A stretch of DNA of 64,000 nt from Campylobacterota bacterium (GTDB lineage Bacteria > Campylobacterota > Campylobacteria > Campylobacterales > Arcobacteraceae), in contig QMKX01000002.1 in assembly GCA_003643835.1 (NCBI GenBank), positions 24,193-88,192 of the forward strand, in the 5' to 3' direction. A program made the translations under genes and the position numbers. The notes below the pieces were generated by a model. It was not told the origin of the DNA and made no database searches. It was given only the letters and a program-made list of their open reading frames with translations. Of this stretch, positions 20,121 to 30,400 are shown piece by piece; position 1 is the stretch's first letter; each line of letters starts with the position of its first letter.

Positions 20121-21149
20121 TTATTTGGTGCTCAATGAGTAAAGTAATTTTTTATCTTCAAGAACTTTTGCTGTTCCTCGAGCAACTGCAAGAAGTGGGT
20201 CTTTACAAAGTTTTGCTTTGAGTTTTATATGTTCTTGAATATACTTATCAAAACCACGAAGTAGTGAGCCTCCACCTGTAAGCACTATGCCATTGTCTAT
20301 AATATCACCTGCCAAATCTGGTGGAATTTGATCCAAAACAGTCCGTATAGAAAAAGATATTTCACGAAGTGGCTCTGCTAAAGCTTCTGTCATATCTTGG
20401 CTCGTAATCTCTTTTTCCAACAACAAGCCAGCACCATCTCGCCCTTTGACCATAGCTGATTTTCCTTCAATCGGATGTGCTGACCCAATAGAAAATTTTA
20501 ATTTTTCGGCTGTTTGTTCTCCTATATATAGGTTGTGTTTAATTCTTATATAATCGATGATAGCTTTATCAAATCTATCTCCTCCGACTCTTGTTGAGTT
20601 ACTGACTATTTGACCACCAAGCGATGTGACGCCTATCTCTGTTGTGCCTCCGCCTATATCTATGACCATATTGCCAGTCGATGAATGTATAGATATTCCA
20701 GCACCCAAAGCTGCCGCCATAGGTTCTTCTACAAGAAATACATCTCGTGCCCCCACACTATAAGCGGCATCTCTAACTGCGCGTCTTTCAACTCCTGTGA
20801 TGCCATGCGGTATACATATAGCGATTCTTGGTCTCAGAAATGCTGATCTTTTATGTGCTTTTTTTATGAAATATTTTATCATAATAGCAGTGATGTCAAA
20901 ATCTGCTATAACTCCGTCTCTCAAAGGACGAATTAATTCCATATTTCGTGGTATTTTTCCTGCCATAATTTTTGCTTGCTTGCCAACCGCTAAAACTTTA
21001 GCTTCTGCATACTTTTGGTGTTTTACAACTACAACCGAAGGTTCATTGATGACAATACCTTTGTCTTTTATAGATACAAGTGTATTTGCTGTGCCTAAGT
21101 CTATAGCCATATCAGTAGAAAACAGTCCCAGCAAACTATCAAATATCAT
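20121..21149 (-). CDS. mreB: Rod shape-determining protein MreB
   Basis: Actin-fold motifs DLGTANT, DIGGGTTE, GIVLTGGGSLLRG. Confidence 0.95.
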   Translation of the reverse strand: MIFDSLLGLFSTDMAIDLGTANTLVSIKDKGIVINEPSVVVVKHQKYAEAKVLAVGKQAKIMAGKIPRNMELIRPLRDGVIADFDITAIMIKYFIKKAHKRSAFLRPRIAICIPHGITGVERRAVRDAAYSVGARDVFLVEEPMAAALGAGISIHSSTGNMVIDIGGGTTEIGVTSLGGQIVSNSTRVGGDRFDKAIIDYIRIKHNLYIGEQTAEKLKFSIGSAHPIEGKSAMVKGRDGAGLLLEKEITSQDMTEALAEPLREISFSIRTVLDQIPPDLAGDIIDNGIVLTGGGSLLRGFDKYIQEHIKLKAKLCKDPLLAVARGTAKVLEDKKLLYSLSTK

Positions 21150-21251
21150 GTATATTTCCTTTTAAAAAGTATAAAAAATAAATACACAAAATACTTATTT
21201 TCTACATTTTATAATAATTAGATAAAATTAACAAACTTTTTTGGAGATTCG

Positions 21252-22130
21252 ATGAAAAAAGATGAAATTGTAATCACATTTTCAAATATGTCAAATACAA
21301 AATCATACAATTTAAACACCTTTATACAAAAGTTTATTATATATGTCGCAAGTTTTATAATTGTGATATTGGTGAGTGTTTTTTTCTTTTTGTCTTATCT
21401 AAACAACAAAGTTGATGATCTTACAAAACAAAACAAATTGCAAAAGCTAAAAATAATCGAAAAGAGAAAGGAGCTTGCAAAACTTGATGACACTTTAGAA
21501 GATTTAAAAACAATCGTGGGTATAAAAACAGATGATATCGAGCACTTGATAGAAGAAGCGACTTTAAAAAAGCTTTCAATATCACAAAAGCATCTGATGC
21601 TCGCAGTGATACCAAGTGGGAAACCTATGCAATATGAAATTATATCATCGGCATTTGGTTTTAGAATACATCCAAAAAGCAAGACAAGGAAGTTTCACAA
21701 GGGTATTGACCTAAAAGCACCCTCAAACACACCTATATATGCCACAGCAGATGGTGTAATAAAATATGTGCAAAATAAAAATATAGGCGGTTATGGCAGG
21801 CGAATTATAATACTGCACAATTATGGCTTTGAGACAGCTTTTGGACACTTAAGGCGAGCATCTGTGAAGGTTGGTGATTTTGTAAAAAAGGGTGATCTTA
21901 TAGGATTTAGCGGGAACTCTGGTAGAAGCACAGGGCCACATCTTCATTATGAAATTTTGCATGCAAAACGCGTGCTGAATCCATACAATTTTATAGTATG
22001 GAATATAGATAATTATGAAAATTTATTTAGGAAAGAGAGGAAAGTAAAATGGGATTCCTTAATTGGGATATTAGACAGGCAAAACAAGATGGCAAATATA
22101 ATAACAAGTCAAACAAACACACTGCAATAA
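21252..22130 (+). CDS. M23-family (LytM-domain) peptidase, membrane-anchored with coiled coil
   Basis: HKGIDL...GPHLHYEI metal-binding motifs. Confidence 0.85.
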   Translation: MKKDEIVITFSNMSNTKSYNLNTFIQKFIIYVASFIIVILVSVFFFLSYLNNKVDDLTKQNKLQKLKIIEKRKELAKLDDTLEDLKTIVGIKTDDIEHLIEEATLKKLSISQKHLMLAVIPSGKPMQYEIISSAFGFRIHPKSKTRKFHKGIDLKAPSNTPIYATADGVIKYVQNKNIGGYGRRIIILHNYGFETAFGHLRRASVKVGDFVKKGDLIGFSGNSGRSTGPHLHYEILHAKRVLNPYNFIVWNIDNYENLFRKERKVKWDSLIGILDRQNKMANIITSQTNTLQ

Positions 22131-22147
22131 TAAAGGATAAAAAATAT

Positions 22148-22564
22148 ATGTTTAAAATCGAGCAAGATAAAACAAAAACAAATGGCTCTACAATCATAGC
22201 TGAAGGTGCCCTTATAAAAGGTGGTATTGATTCAGCAGGTTCTGTCATAATAAACGGAAAATTTGAAGGTAAGATAGCTGTAGCACAAACCCTCACCATA
22301 GGCAAAAAAGGTGAGGTAATAGGCGAAGTAAAGTGCAAAAACTTAGTAGTCAATGGTGTGTTAGATGGTATAACCATCGCAACCGATGTTCATATTTTAG
22401 AGATAGGTAGAATATTTGGCAAGCTACAATACGAAAGCTTAGAGATCGATAAACACGGCACATTTGAAGGTGAAGGCAAAAAGAAAAACTCAAACTACAA
22501 AACAACAAAAAACAACAAAATCACAAACAAAACTAAAAAGCAGGAAATACTAATTGAAGATTAG
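22148..22564 (+). CDS. ccmA: Bactofilin (CcmA-like polymer-forming cytoskeletal protein)
   Basis: Beta-helical repeat pattern TIIAEGALIKGGIDSAGSVIINGKFEGKI...GEVKCKNLVVNG and a Lys-rich tail. ATG at 22148 preferred over the ORF-track start at 22049. Confidence 0.75.
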   Translation: MFKIEQDKTKTNGSTIIAEGALIKGGIDSAGSVIINGKFEGKIAVAQTLTIGKKGEVIGEVKCKNLVVNGVLDGITIATDVHILEIGRIFGKLQYESLEIDKHGTFEGEGKKKNSNYKTTKNNKITNKTKKQEILIED

Positions 22565-23729
22565 CTATGTGTTTATATTGATTGTATGTTTTAGTTTAAA
22601 TCTAAATGCATCAGTTGTTCAAAAGTTTTCGTGGGTTAGCGGCGAATCATTTTTGTGGTTTTTAAAACGCAACAATATATCAAAAGATTTGTATTTTAAC
22701 TTGCCTCCAACTGACAAAGAGTTGTGTTCTGAGATTATAGCAAATAGTGAATATACTGTATTAAAAGATGGCAAAACTATCAAACAAATTTTAATACCAA
22801 TAAGTCACAAAATGCAAATACACATAAGAAAAGAAAAAATCGGCCACTCTATTGATTTTATAGCCATAAACTCCAAAAATATTGGCAAACAAGTTCTCAT
22901 AACCTTAAACACAAGTATCCATAAAGATATGTATAACAAAACACACAATAGAACTCTGGCAGGTAACTTGGTATCTATATTTGGCAAAAATATGTTTAAA
23001 ATTATGCAAAAAGGGGATAAAATAGCTATCAACTACACCCAAACTATAAAAGATGGCAAACTTTTAGGCACTCCTGCTATCGTGTCTGCTATGGTTGAAG
23101 TAAACAAAAAAGCATACTTTAGATTTAAAAATCCACACGATGAAAAGTATTATAACAAAAAAGCACAAAGTGCTTCAAACTTTTTTTTGAAAATTCCTTT
23201 AAAATATAGCAGAGTTTCAAGTGATTTTTCGTATAGACGATTTCACCCTATCTTGAAGAAATATAGAGCTCATCATGGTATAGATTATGCAGCTCCAAGA
23301 GGTAGGCATATATATGCATCAGGAGATGGCAGAGTTGTATTCAAAGGACGAAAAGGTGGTTATGGTAAGACTTTGATAATACAACACAAACATAACTATA
23401 GAACCTTGTATGCACATATGAGAGCATACAAAAAAGGACTAAAAAGAGGTAAAACAGTTTCTCAAGGAGCTCTTATAGGATATGTAGGGAGCACGGGAGT
23501 TAGCACAGGGCCACACTTGCATTTTGGTTTGTATAGTGGTAGCAAGGCTATAAACCCAAATCGCGTTGTGCGAAAAGCTCTAAAAACAAAACTCAAAGGC
23601 AAAGAAAAAAAGTTATTTGATATGTTTGCTATAAAACAATTAGATCTGTTAAGAGATATATCTTTAAACAACCCATATCATAAACCATATAAAAATATAA
23701 AAAACAACTGTGCTATAAGAAAATCATGA
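22554..23729 (+). CDS. M23-family peptidase with signal peptide and long N-terminal domain
   Basis: HHGIDYAAP...GPHLHFGL motifs. Confidence 0.85.
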   Translation: MKISYVFILIVCFSLNLNASVVQKFSWVSGESFLWFLKRNNISKDLYFNLPPTDKELCSEIIANSEYTVLKDGKTIKQILIPISHKMQIHIRKEKIGHSIDFIAINSKNIGKQVLITLNTSIHKDMYNKTHNRTLAGNLVSIFGKNMFKIMQKGDKIAINYTQTIKDGKLLGTPAIVSAMVEVNKKAYFRFKNPHDEKYYNKKAQSASNFFLKIPLKYSRVSSDFSYRRFHPILKKYRAHHGIDYAAPRGRHIYASGDGRVVFKGRKGGYGKTLIIQHKHNYRTLYAHMRAYKKGLKRGKTVSQGALIGYVGSTGVSTGPHLHFGLYSGSKAINPNRVVRKALKTKLKGKEKKLFDMFAIKQLDLLRDISLNNPYHKPYKNIKNNCAIRKS

Positions 23730-25030
23730 GATATACAAATATATTTATACCTACAACAAAAGAGATACCAAGCGATGCTGTTTTGCCATCACACAAATAC
23801 CTACTAAAAGCTGGGTTTGTATGTAGCACTGGCTCTGGACTATATGACTACTTGCCACTTGGTAAAATAGTTTTAGACAATATCAAAAATATCGTCAAAA
23901 ACAATATGGACAAAGCAAAAGCAAATGAAATATCGCTCAGTTTTGTAACTCCATTGAAGCTTTGGGAGCAAAGCGGTAGAATAGAAGATATGGGTCAAGA
24001 GATGTTGAAGTTCAAAGACAGACATCAAAATAATTTCGTGTTAAGTCCTACAAACGAAGAGGCGGTGGTCACTGTAGTCAAAAATAGAATCAAAAGTTAT
24101 AAACACTTACCAGTAAATCTATATCAAATCAATACAAAGTTTAGAGACGAGGTTCGTCCACGATTTGGCATACTAAGAGCGAGAGAGTTTTTGATGAAAG
24201 ATGCCTATTCGTTTAGTGATAGTCAAGAGTGTTTGCAACAGCAGTTTGATATCATGGAAACAACATACAAAAATATCTTAAACGAGATGGGTTTGAAATA
24301 CAAAGTAGTCAAAGCAGATAGCGGAGCTATAGGAGGCGATGGTAGCCTGGAGTTTCATATAGTTGCCAATAGTGGCGAAGATACTATCGTAGTGTGTATG
24401 GATTGTGAGTTCGGAGCAAATATCGAAACTATGGAGGACATAGACGACAAACTCAACGAGACACCATATAACGAGTTGGAAAATATAAACATACAACAAA
24501 AATGCAGTTGCGGTGGCAAGTTGGTATTTAAAAAAGGTATAGAAGTAGGACATATATTTCAGCTAAAAGACAAATACTCCAAAGCTTTAGATGCTACATT
24601 TTTGGATAGCAACGGCAAACAACAGCACTTTATGATGGGTTGTTATGGTATGGGTATCAGTAGAATAATTGCAGCTGCTGTTGAACAAAATCACGATGAC
24701 AAAGGTGCAATATGGCCACTCAATTTAACACCATACAAAGTATGTATCATAGTATCAAATGGCAAAGATAACACCCAACAAAAAGTAGCCACAGATATAT
24801 CAAACACTCTTGAAAAAGCAGGCATATCAAATATCATAGACGATAGAGTCAAAGAAAGATTTGGTTTCAAGATGGCTGACTTTGAGCTTATAGGCTACCC
24901 ATATGCTATAGTTGTAGGCAAAAATATCGCAGATGGCAAAGTAGAGATAGTAGATAGAAAAACATTGGAAAAATCTATATGTGATATAGACAAGATATTA
25001 GAGACTGTATTGTCAAATTTTAATACATAG
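23726..25030 (+). CDS. proS: Prolyl-tRNA synthetase, bacterial type but lacking the INS editing domain
   Basis: Class II motifs (FRDEVRPRFGILRAREF, GIEVGHIFQL, GCYGMGISRI) and a C-terminal anticodon-binding domain. Only 434 aa; about 40 aa with four Cys lie where the ~180 aa INS domain sits in E. coli ProRS. Confidence 0.85.
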   Translation: MRYTNIFIPTTKEIPSDAVLPSHKYLLKAGFVCSTGSGLYDYLPLGKIVLDNIKNIVKNNMDKAKANEISLSFVTPLKLWEQSGRIEDMGQEMLKFKDRHQNNFVLSPTNEEAVVTVVKNRIKSYKHLPVNLYQINTKFRDEVRPRFGILRAREFLMKDAYSFSDSQECLQQQFDIMETTYKNILNEMGLKYKVVKADSGAIGGDGSLEFHIVANSGEDTIVVCMDCEFGANIETMEDIDDKLNETPYNELENINIQQKCSCGGKLVFKKGIEVGHIFQLKDKYSKALDATFLDSNGKQQHFMMGCYGMGISRIIAAAVEQNHDDKGAIWPLNLTPYKVCIIVSNGKDNTQQKVATDISNTLEKAGISNIIDDRVKERFGFKMADFELIGYPYAIVVGKNIADGKVEIVDRKTLEKSICDIDKILETVLSNFNT

Positions 25031-25169
25031 TTTTTATCAAGGCATGAACGCAACAACAAAAGCACGCTGTGCGACCGTGAAACGAAAGAACAAAGCAGAT
25101 TTCACATCTGCTAAGCGATAACACGAACGAGACATCTACTGGTGTTCATCTTTTGGTAGTTATATTTTT

Positions 25170-26243
25170 TTATATTATAGGATTATCTATTTTCTCGCCG
25201 GCGAGCTGACCACATGCTGCCATGATATCTAAACCCTTTGATTTTCTTATACTACAAAATATACCTTTTTTGTTGATATAGAGCTTAAATACCTCCATAG
25301 ATTTGTCTGTCGGTCTTTCGTATCTTGACCCTGGGTATGGGTTGAAATATATCAAATTCACTTTTGCATTTATGCCTTGTAAAATATCGCACAATTTTTT
25401 AGCATCGTTTATATTATCGTTTTTGTCTTTTATGACGAGGTATTCAAAAAGTATTTTTTTTCTTGTATCTACTGGAAATTTTTTAACCGCATTTATGATT
25501 GATTGTATATTGTATGCTTTGTTTAAAGGCACCAGTTCATCTCGCATGCTATCACAGACCGCATGAAGTGATATGGCTAACTGCACTCCTGTATCTAACT
25601 CGCCTAACTTTAAAATATTTGGTGTCAAACCGCTAGTAGAGACTGTCTGCCGCCTGTGAGCTATATCTAACCCGTAGCTATCGGCTATGATATCCATAGC
25701 TTTTGTTAAGTTCTCAAAGTTGTCAAGTGGCTCACCCATGCCCATATATACTATATTTACATTTTTGTTTTCACTCAATTTTAAATACTCTTTCATACGA
25801 ACCACTTGAGCTACTATCTCTCCTACACTCAAGTCCCTGCTCCAGCCACCCTCGCCTGTCTTACAAAAACTACATGCCATCTTGCAACCTACTTGTGTAG
25901 ATATACAAAATGTAATCTGTTCGCTTTTGATTATTTTTTGTCCTGTTTTATCTTTCTTTTTTTCCGCCATAAGCAATGCTACTGATTCTATGATATATTT
26001 ATCTTTTAGTTCAAAAAGAAATTTGGTAGTTTTGTCTAATGATATTTTCACATCAGCTATACTCAATGTATCTAAAGTATATTTTTCTTTGAGATTGCTT
26101 ATCTCTTTTGGTGATATATTTGTCATATCTTGATAGTTTGTGGTGTATTTTTTATATGCCCAGTTGTATAACTGTTTGGCGATATATTTTGGTTTTGTGT
26201 TTTGCTCTAACTCTCTTAAACTATAGTTATAAAAGCTATTCAC
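25170..26243 (-). CDS. rlmN: 23S rRNA/tRNA A2503/A37 C2-methyltransferase RlmN (radical SAM)
   Basis: CKMACSFCKTG radical-SAM cluster motif, GMGEPLDN, and a C-terminal catalytic Cys in MAACGQL. Confidence 0.9.
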   Translation of the reverse strand: MNSFYNYSLRELEQNTKPKYIAKQLYNWAYKKYTTNYQDMTNISPKEISNLKEKYTLDTLSIADVKISLDKTTKFLFELKDKYIIESVALLMAEKKKDKTGQKIIKSEQITFCISTQVGCKMACSFCKTGEGGWSRDLSVGEIVAQVVRMKEYLKLSENKNVNIVYMGMGEPLDNFENLTKAMDIIADSYGLDIAHRRQTVSTSGLTPNILKLGELDTGVQLAISLHAVCDSMRDELVPLNKAYNIQSIINAVKKFPVDTRKKILFEYLVIKDKNDNINDAKKLCDILQGINAKVNLIYFNPYPGSRYERPTDKSMEVFKLYINKKGIFCSIRKSKGLDIMAACGQLAGEKIDNPII

Positions 26244-26847
26244 CTACCATATCTTTAAATAGATATTTATGGGTGTCGGGCAAAACTTCGTATATATTGT
26301 GAGCTAAGTTTTGTATCTCTTGTAGAGCTGATTTGTTGGTGCGGAGGTTTAGGAAGTTTTGTAAGCTTCTGGCATTGATACTCCATGTTAGCTCCGTTTT
26401 GTAGCTTTCGGGCATACAATACTTTGCTTTGTCGTTTGATATACCTTCGTTTAAAACCAGCCTCAAGTTTTCTAAAGCTTTGAGGCTCATATCATCGACC
26501 ATATCATCGCCAGTTGCGACCAGATATTTTGTAGCTCTATCGTCAAACAGCTCAAATCTTTTTTCGTCTTTTAGCTCTTTTATGGTGTATCGGCTACTTT
26601 TGACACTCAAGCTTGCAATTCGGTGTCGTGCCAACTCCTGTAAGCATGCCCTACTTATGCCACTGATATAAAATGTATAAAACAAGTGCTCCAGCGTTGA
26701 GCCGTGCTTAAACTGGTTGCCTACTCTATCTATGAGCTTGAGGTCTTTTTCGCCACCTTGGTCACTTTTGTCAAAACTTTGCCAGCAAGTTCGTATGGCA
26801 GTTGCTGTTATATCGAGTGTCGTGTTTTGTAGTAAAGTGATTTTCAT
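26236..26847 (-). CDS. thyX: FAD-dependent thymidylate synthase ThyX
   Basis: ThyX signature RHRIASLSVKSSRY. Confidence 0.9.
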   Translation of the reverse strand: MKITLLQNTTLDITATAIRTCWQSFDKSDQGGEKDLKLIDRVGNQFKHGSTLEHLFYTFYISGISRACLQELARHRIASLSVKSSRYTIKELKDEKRFELFDDRATKYLVATGDDMVDDMSLKALENLRLVLNEGISNDKAKYCMPESYKTELTWSINARSLQNFLNLRTNKSALQEIQNLAHNIYEVLPDTHKYLFKDMVGE

Positions 26848-26879
26848 AACACATTATATCATATGTTGCTTAAGCAATT

Positions 26880-27436
26880 TTGGATAAAATAATAAAAAGG
26901 ACATATTTGCAAGAACTTATACAAGACTGGGGTTATATAGTGCTGTTTGGCTACTCGTTTGGGGGTGGGTTTTTTGCTCTGGCAGTCGCTGGTGTGCTAA
27001 GCTTCGCAGGAGAGCTAAACATATACACAACCATAGTCGTAGCACTATCGGCCAACTTCATAGGAGATCAGTTTTTGTTTATGCTAGCAAAAAACAACAA
27101 ACCGTATGCAAAAAAGTTGATGAAAACCACCAACGAAAGATAGCATACTCGCAACTGCTTATGCGAAAATACGGTCCAGCTGTGATACTGCTACAAAAAT
27201 ACATATATGGTGTCAAAACTCTAGTGCCACTGGCTATGGGCTTGACCAAATACGATGTCAAGAAGTTTGCCGTGTATAACTTCATAGGGGCAGTGATATG
27301 GGCTGTAGTGATAGGAACTTTGGCTTATATATTGGGTGAACTTGTCTATACATATGTGGAGGACTTCAAGACCTATGGTATGGCATTTATCGTGGTATTG
27401 TTGCTGTTTATAGCATATATGTTTAGAAAGATATAG
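26880..27436 (+). pseudogene. DedA-family membrane protein, interrupted by a frameshift (ORFs 26880-27143 and 27161-27436)
   Basis: The first ORF ends ...AKKLMKTTNER*. The other frame reads without a stop through QRKIAYSQLLMRKYGPAVILLQKYIYGVKTLVP (DedA KYG...R/K motif region). Combined length of ~185 aa matches DedA. Confidence 0.6.
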
Positions 27437-27438
27437 AT

Positions 27439-30400
27439 GTGATAAAATACATAGACAACATAAGCAGACTATACAACACAGGTAAAGCAACCGAGCATAG
27501 CTACAGAGGAGACTTACAACAGCTACTAAACGATATTATAGACAACACCGATATAATAGTCACAAACGAACCATCGAGGATACGAGATGTCGGAGCTCCT
27601 GACTATAGTATCACCAAAAAAGATATACCCATAGGATATATCGAAGCCAAAGATATAGGAGCTACTGACTTGGTAGGACAAAAGACAAACAAAGAGCAGT
27701 TTGACAGATACAAAGACGCACTTGACAATCTCATCATCACAGACTACTTGGACTTTTTGTTTTATAAAAACGGCAAGTTAATACAAAAGATATCTATAGC
27801 AAAGATACAAAACAACAAAATCATACCTATAGAAGAAAATTTCTCACTTTTTACAAACAATATCTTGGACTTCACTACATTTGTATCTCAGACTATCACT
27901 AGCCCATCACGCCTTGCGAAGCTTATGGCAGGCAAAGCACGACTGCTGGAAGTCATCATAGAAAATGCTATATTAAGCGATGTGCAAAGCGATGAAAACA
28001 ATTCGTTGAGAAACGAGATGAATATATTTAAAACCACACTCATACACGATATCACGGCTGCTAGTTTTGCAGATATTTATGCTCAAACTATAGCTTATGG
28101 ACTCTTTACAGCACGACTTCACGACAAGACACTGGAGGATTTCACCAGACAAGAAGCACAATACCTCATACCAAAGTCAAATCCATTTTTGAGAGGACTT
28201 TTCAACTACATAGGCGGAGCCGAGTGCGATGATAGGCTTATATGGATCATAGATAGTCTATCAGAGATATTTCTCGCTACAAATATAGAGAAGCTTTTTG
28301 TGGATTATGGCACAAAAGGCGGTATGGAAGACCCTATCATACATTTTTATGAAACTTTTTTGGGCGAATATAACCCAAAGCTGAGAAAGTCCAGAGGAGT
28401 ATGGTACACACCAGCTTCTGTCGTGAACTTCATAGTGCGAGCATGTGACGAAGTGCTCAAAGATGAGTTTGATTTAGAAGATGGGCTTACAGATGATAGT
28501 AAAATTAAGATAAAAGTAGATGATACAGATACAGGATACACAAAAAGTGGAATTTTAAGACAAAAAGAAAAAGAGGTACACAAAGTCCAGATACTAGACC
28601 CTGCTACTGGCACTGGCACATTTCTAGCAGAGACGATCAAGCTTATCAAAAAAGATTTTTGGGGTGGTTCGTGGAGTAGCTATGTAGAAAAAGACCTAGT
28701 CCCTAGACTAAACGGCTTTGAGCTACTCATGGCGAGCTATGCTATGGCACATCTGAAGCTGGATTTGCTTTTGATGGAGACAGGCTACAAGCCGACTACA
28801 GAAAAACAAAAAAGATTTAACATATTTCTCACAAACTCTTTGGAAGAATATCACGAACAAACAGGTAGTTTGTTTAGCACATATCTAGCAAACGAATCCA
28901 AAGAAGCAGATAGGATAAAAAAAGAAACACCAGTGATGGTAGTGATGGGTAATCCACCGTATGCTGTAAGTTCAAGCAATAAATCAAATTGGATACAAAA
29001 TCTAATCCAAGATTATAAAAAGAATTTAAACGAAAGAAAGATAAACCTAGACGACGACTATATCAAATTTATAAGATACGGACAGCACTATATAGAAAAA
29101 AATGGCGAAGGAATATTGGCTTATATCTCAAACAACTCTTTCATAGATGGTATCACACATAGACAGATGAGAAAGTCACTGCTAGAATGTTTTGATAAAA
29201 TCTATATACTAGATCTACATGGAAATAGTAAGAAAAAAGAAGTATGCCCAGATGGTAGCAAAGATGAAAATGTATTTGACATAATGCAAGGTGTCAGTAT
29301 AAATATATTTATAAAGAAAAAAGAAAACTTTAAAAAACTAGCCGAAGTGTTTCATGCAGATTTATATGGCAAAAGAGATTTTAAATACAGTTTTTTAAAT
29401 GATAATAATCTCAAAAGTATAAAGTGGAATAAGTTAGATTATATAGAGCCTTATTATTTTTTTGTACCTAAGGATTTTGAAGCAATTGAAGAATATGAAA
29501 AATATTTTAAAGTTGATAAATTATTTTCAGAAAGAGTTTCAGGAGTTGAAACAGTAAGAGATAAAATAACTATACATTTTGACAAAGGAAGTCTTAAAAA
29601 AGTAATAGATGATTTTGTGAAACTAGATCAGGCAGAAATAGCCGAAAAATATAAAACAACGGATGCAAGAGATTGGAAAATCAATAGAGCCAAAGATGAT
29701 ATATTAAAAAATATTGATAATCAAAATGTGTGGCAAAAGATATCTTATAGAATGTTTGATACACGAGAAACTTTTTATAGTGGTAAGCAAAATGGATTTG
29801 TTTGCAATGGTAGATTTAATGTGATGAAACATATGACCAAAGAAAACTTATCAATTATATTGCCAAGAATTTGTAAAGGATCAAAAGGATTTAAGCATGG
29901 CTTCGTATCTAAATTTATAGTTGATAGAGCATTTGGAGATGCATATTCAGGTGCTGGAACTAATGTATTTCCCTTATATCTCTACCAAGACGAAAGCTCA
30001 CTAGGCAGCACAAGAACACCAAACCTAAACCTAGAAATAATAGCAGATATAGAAAAAGCACTAAATCTAAAATTCACTCCAGAAAAAATTCAAAATTCAA
30101 AATCCAACATTCAAAATTCCACCTTCGCTCCTATAGATATATTGGATTATATCTATGCAGTTTTACATAGTCCAAAGTATAGAGACAGATACAAAGAATT
30201 TTTAAAGATAGACTTTCCAAGAGTTCCATATCCATCTATTGATAATTTTTGGCGATTTGTAGAGTTAGGTGGGAAAATAAGAGCCTCACACTTAATGGAA
30301 GATGCCAGACTAGATGATAGGATCATAGATATAAGTGGCGATGGCGATATGACTATCACAAACAAGCTAAACAAAAAAGACACCACCATAGAAGCGGACA

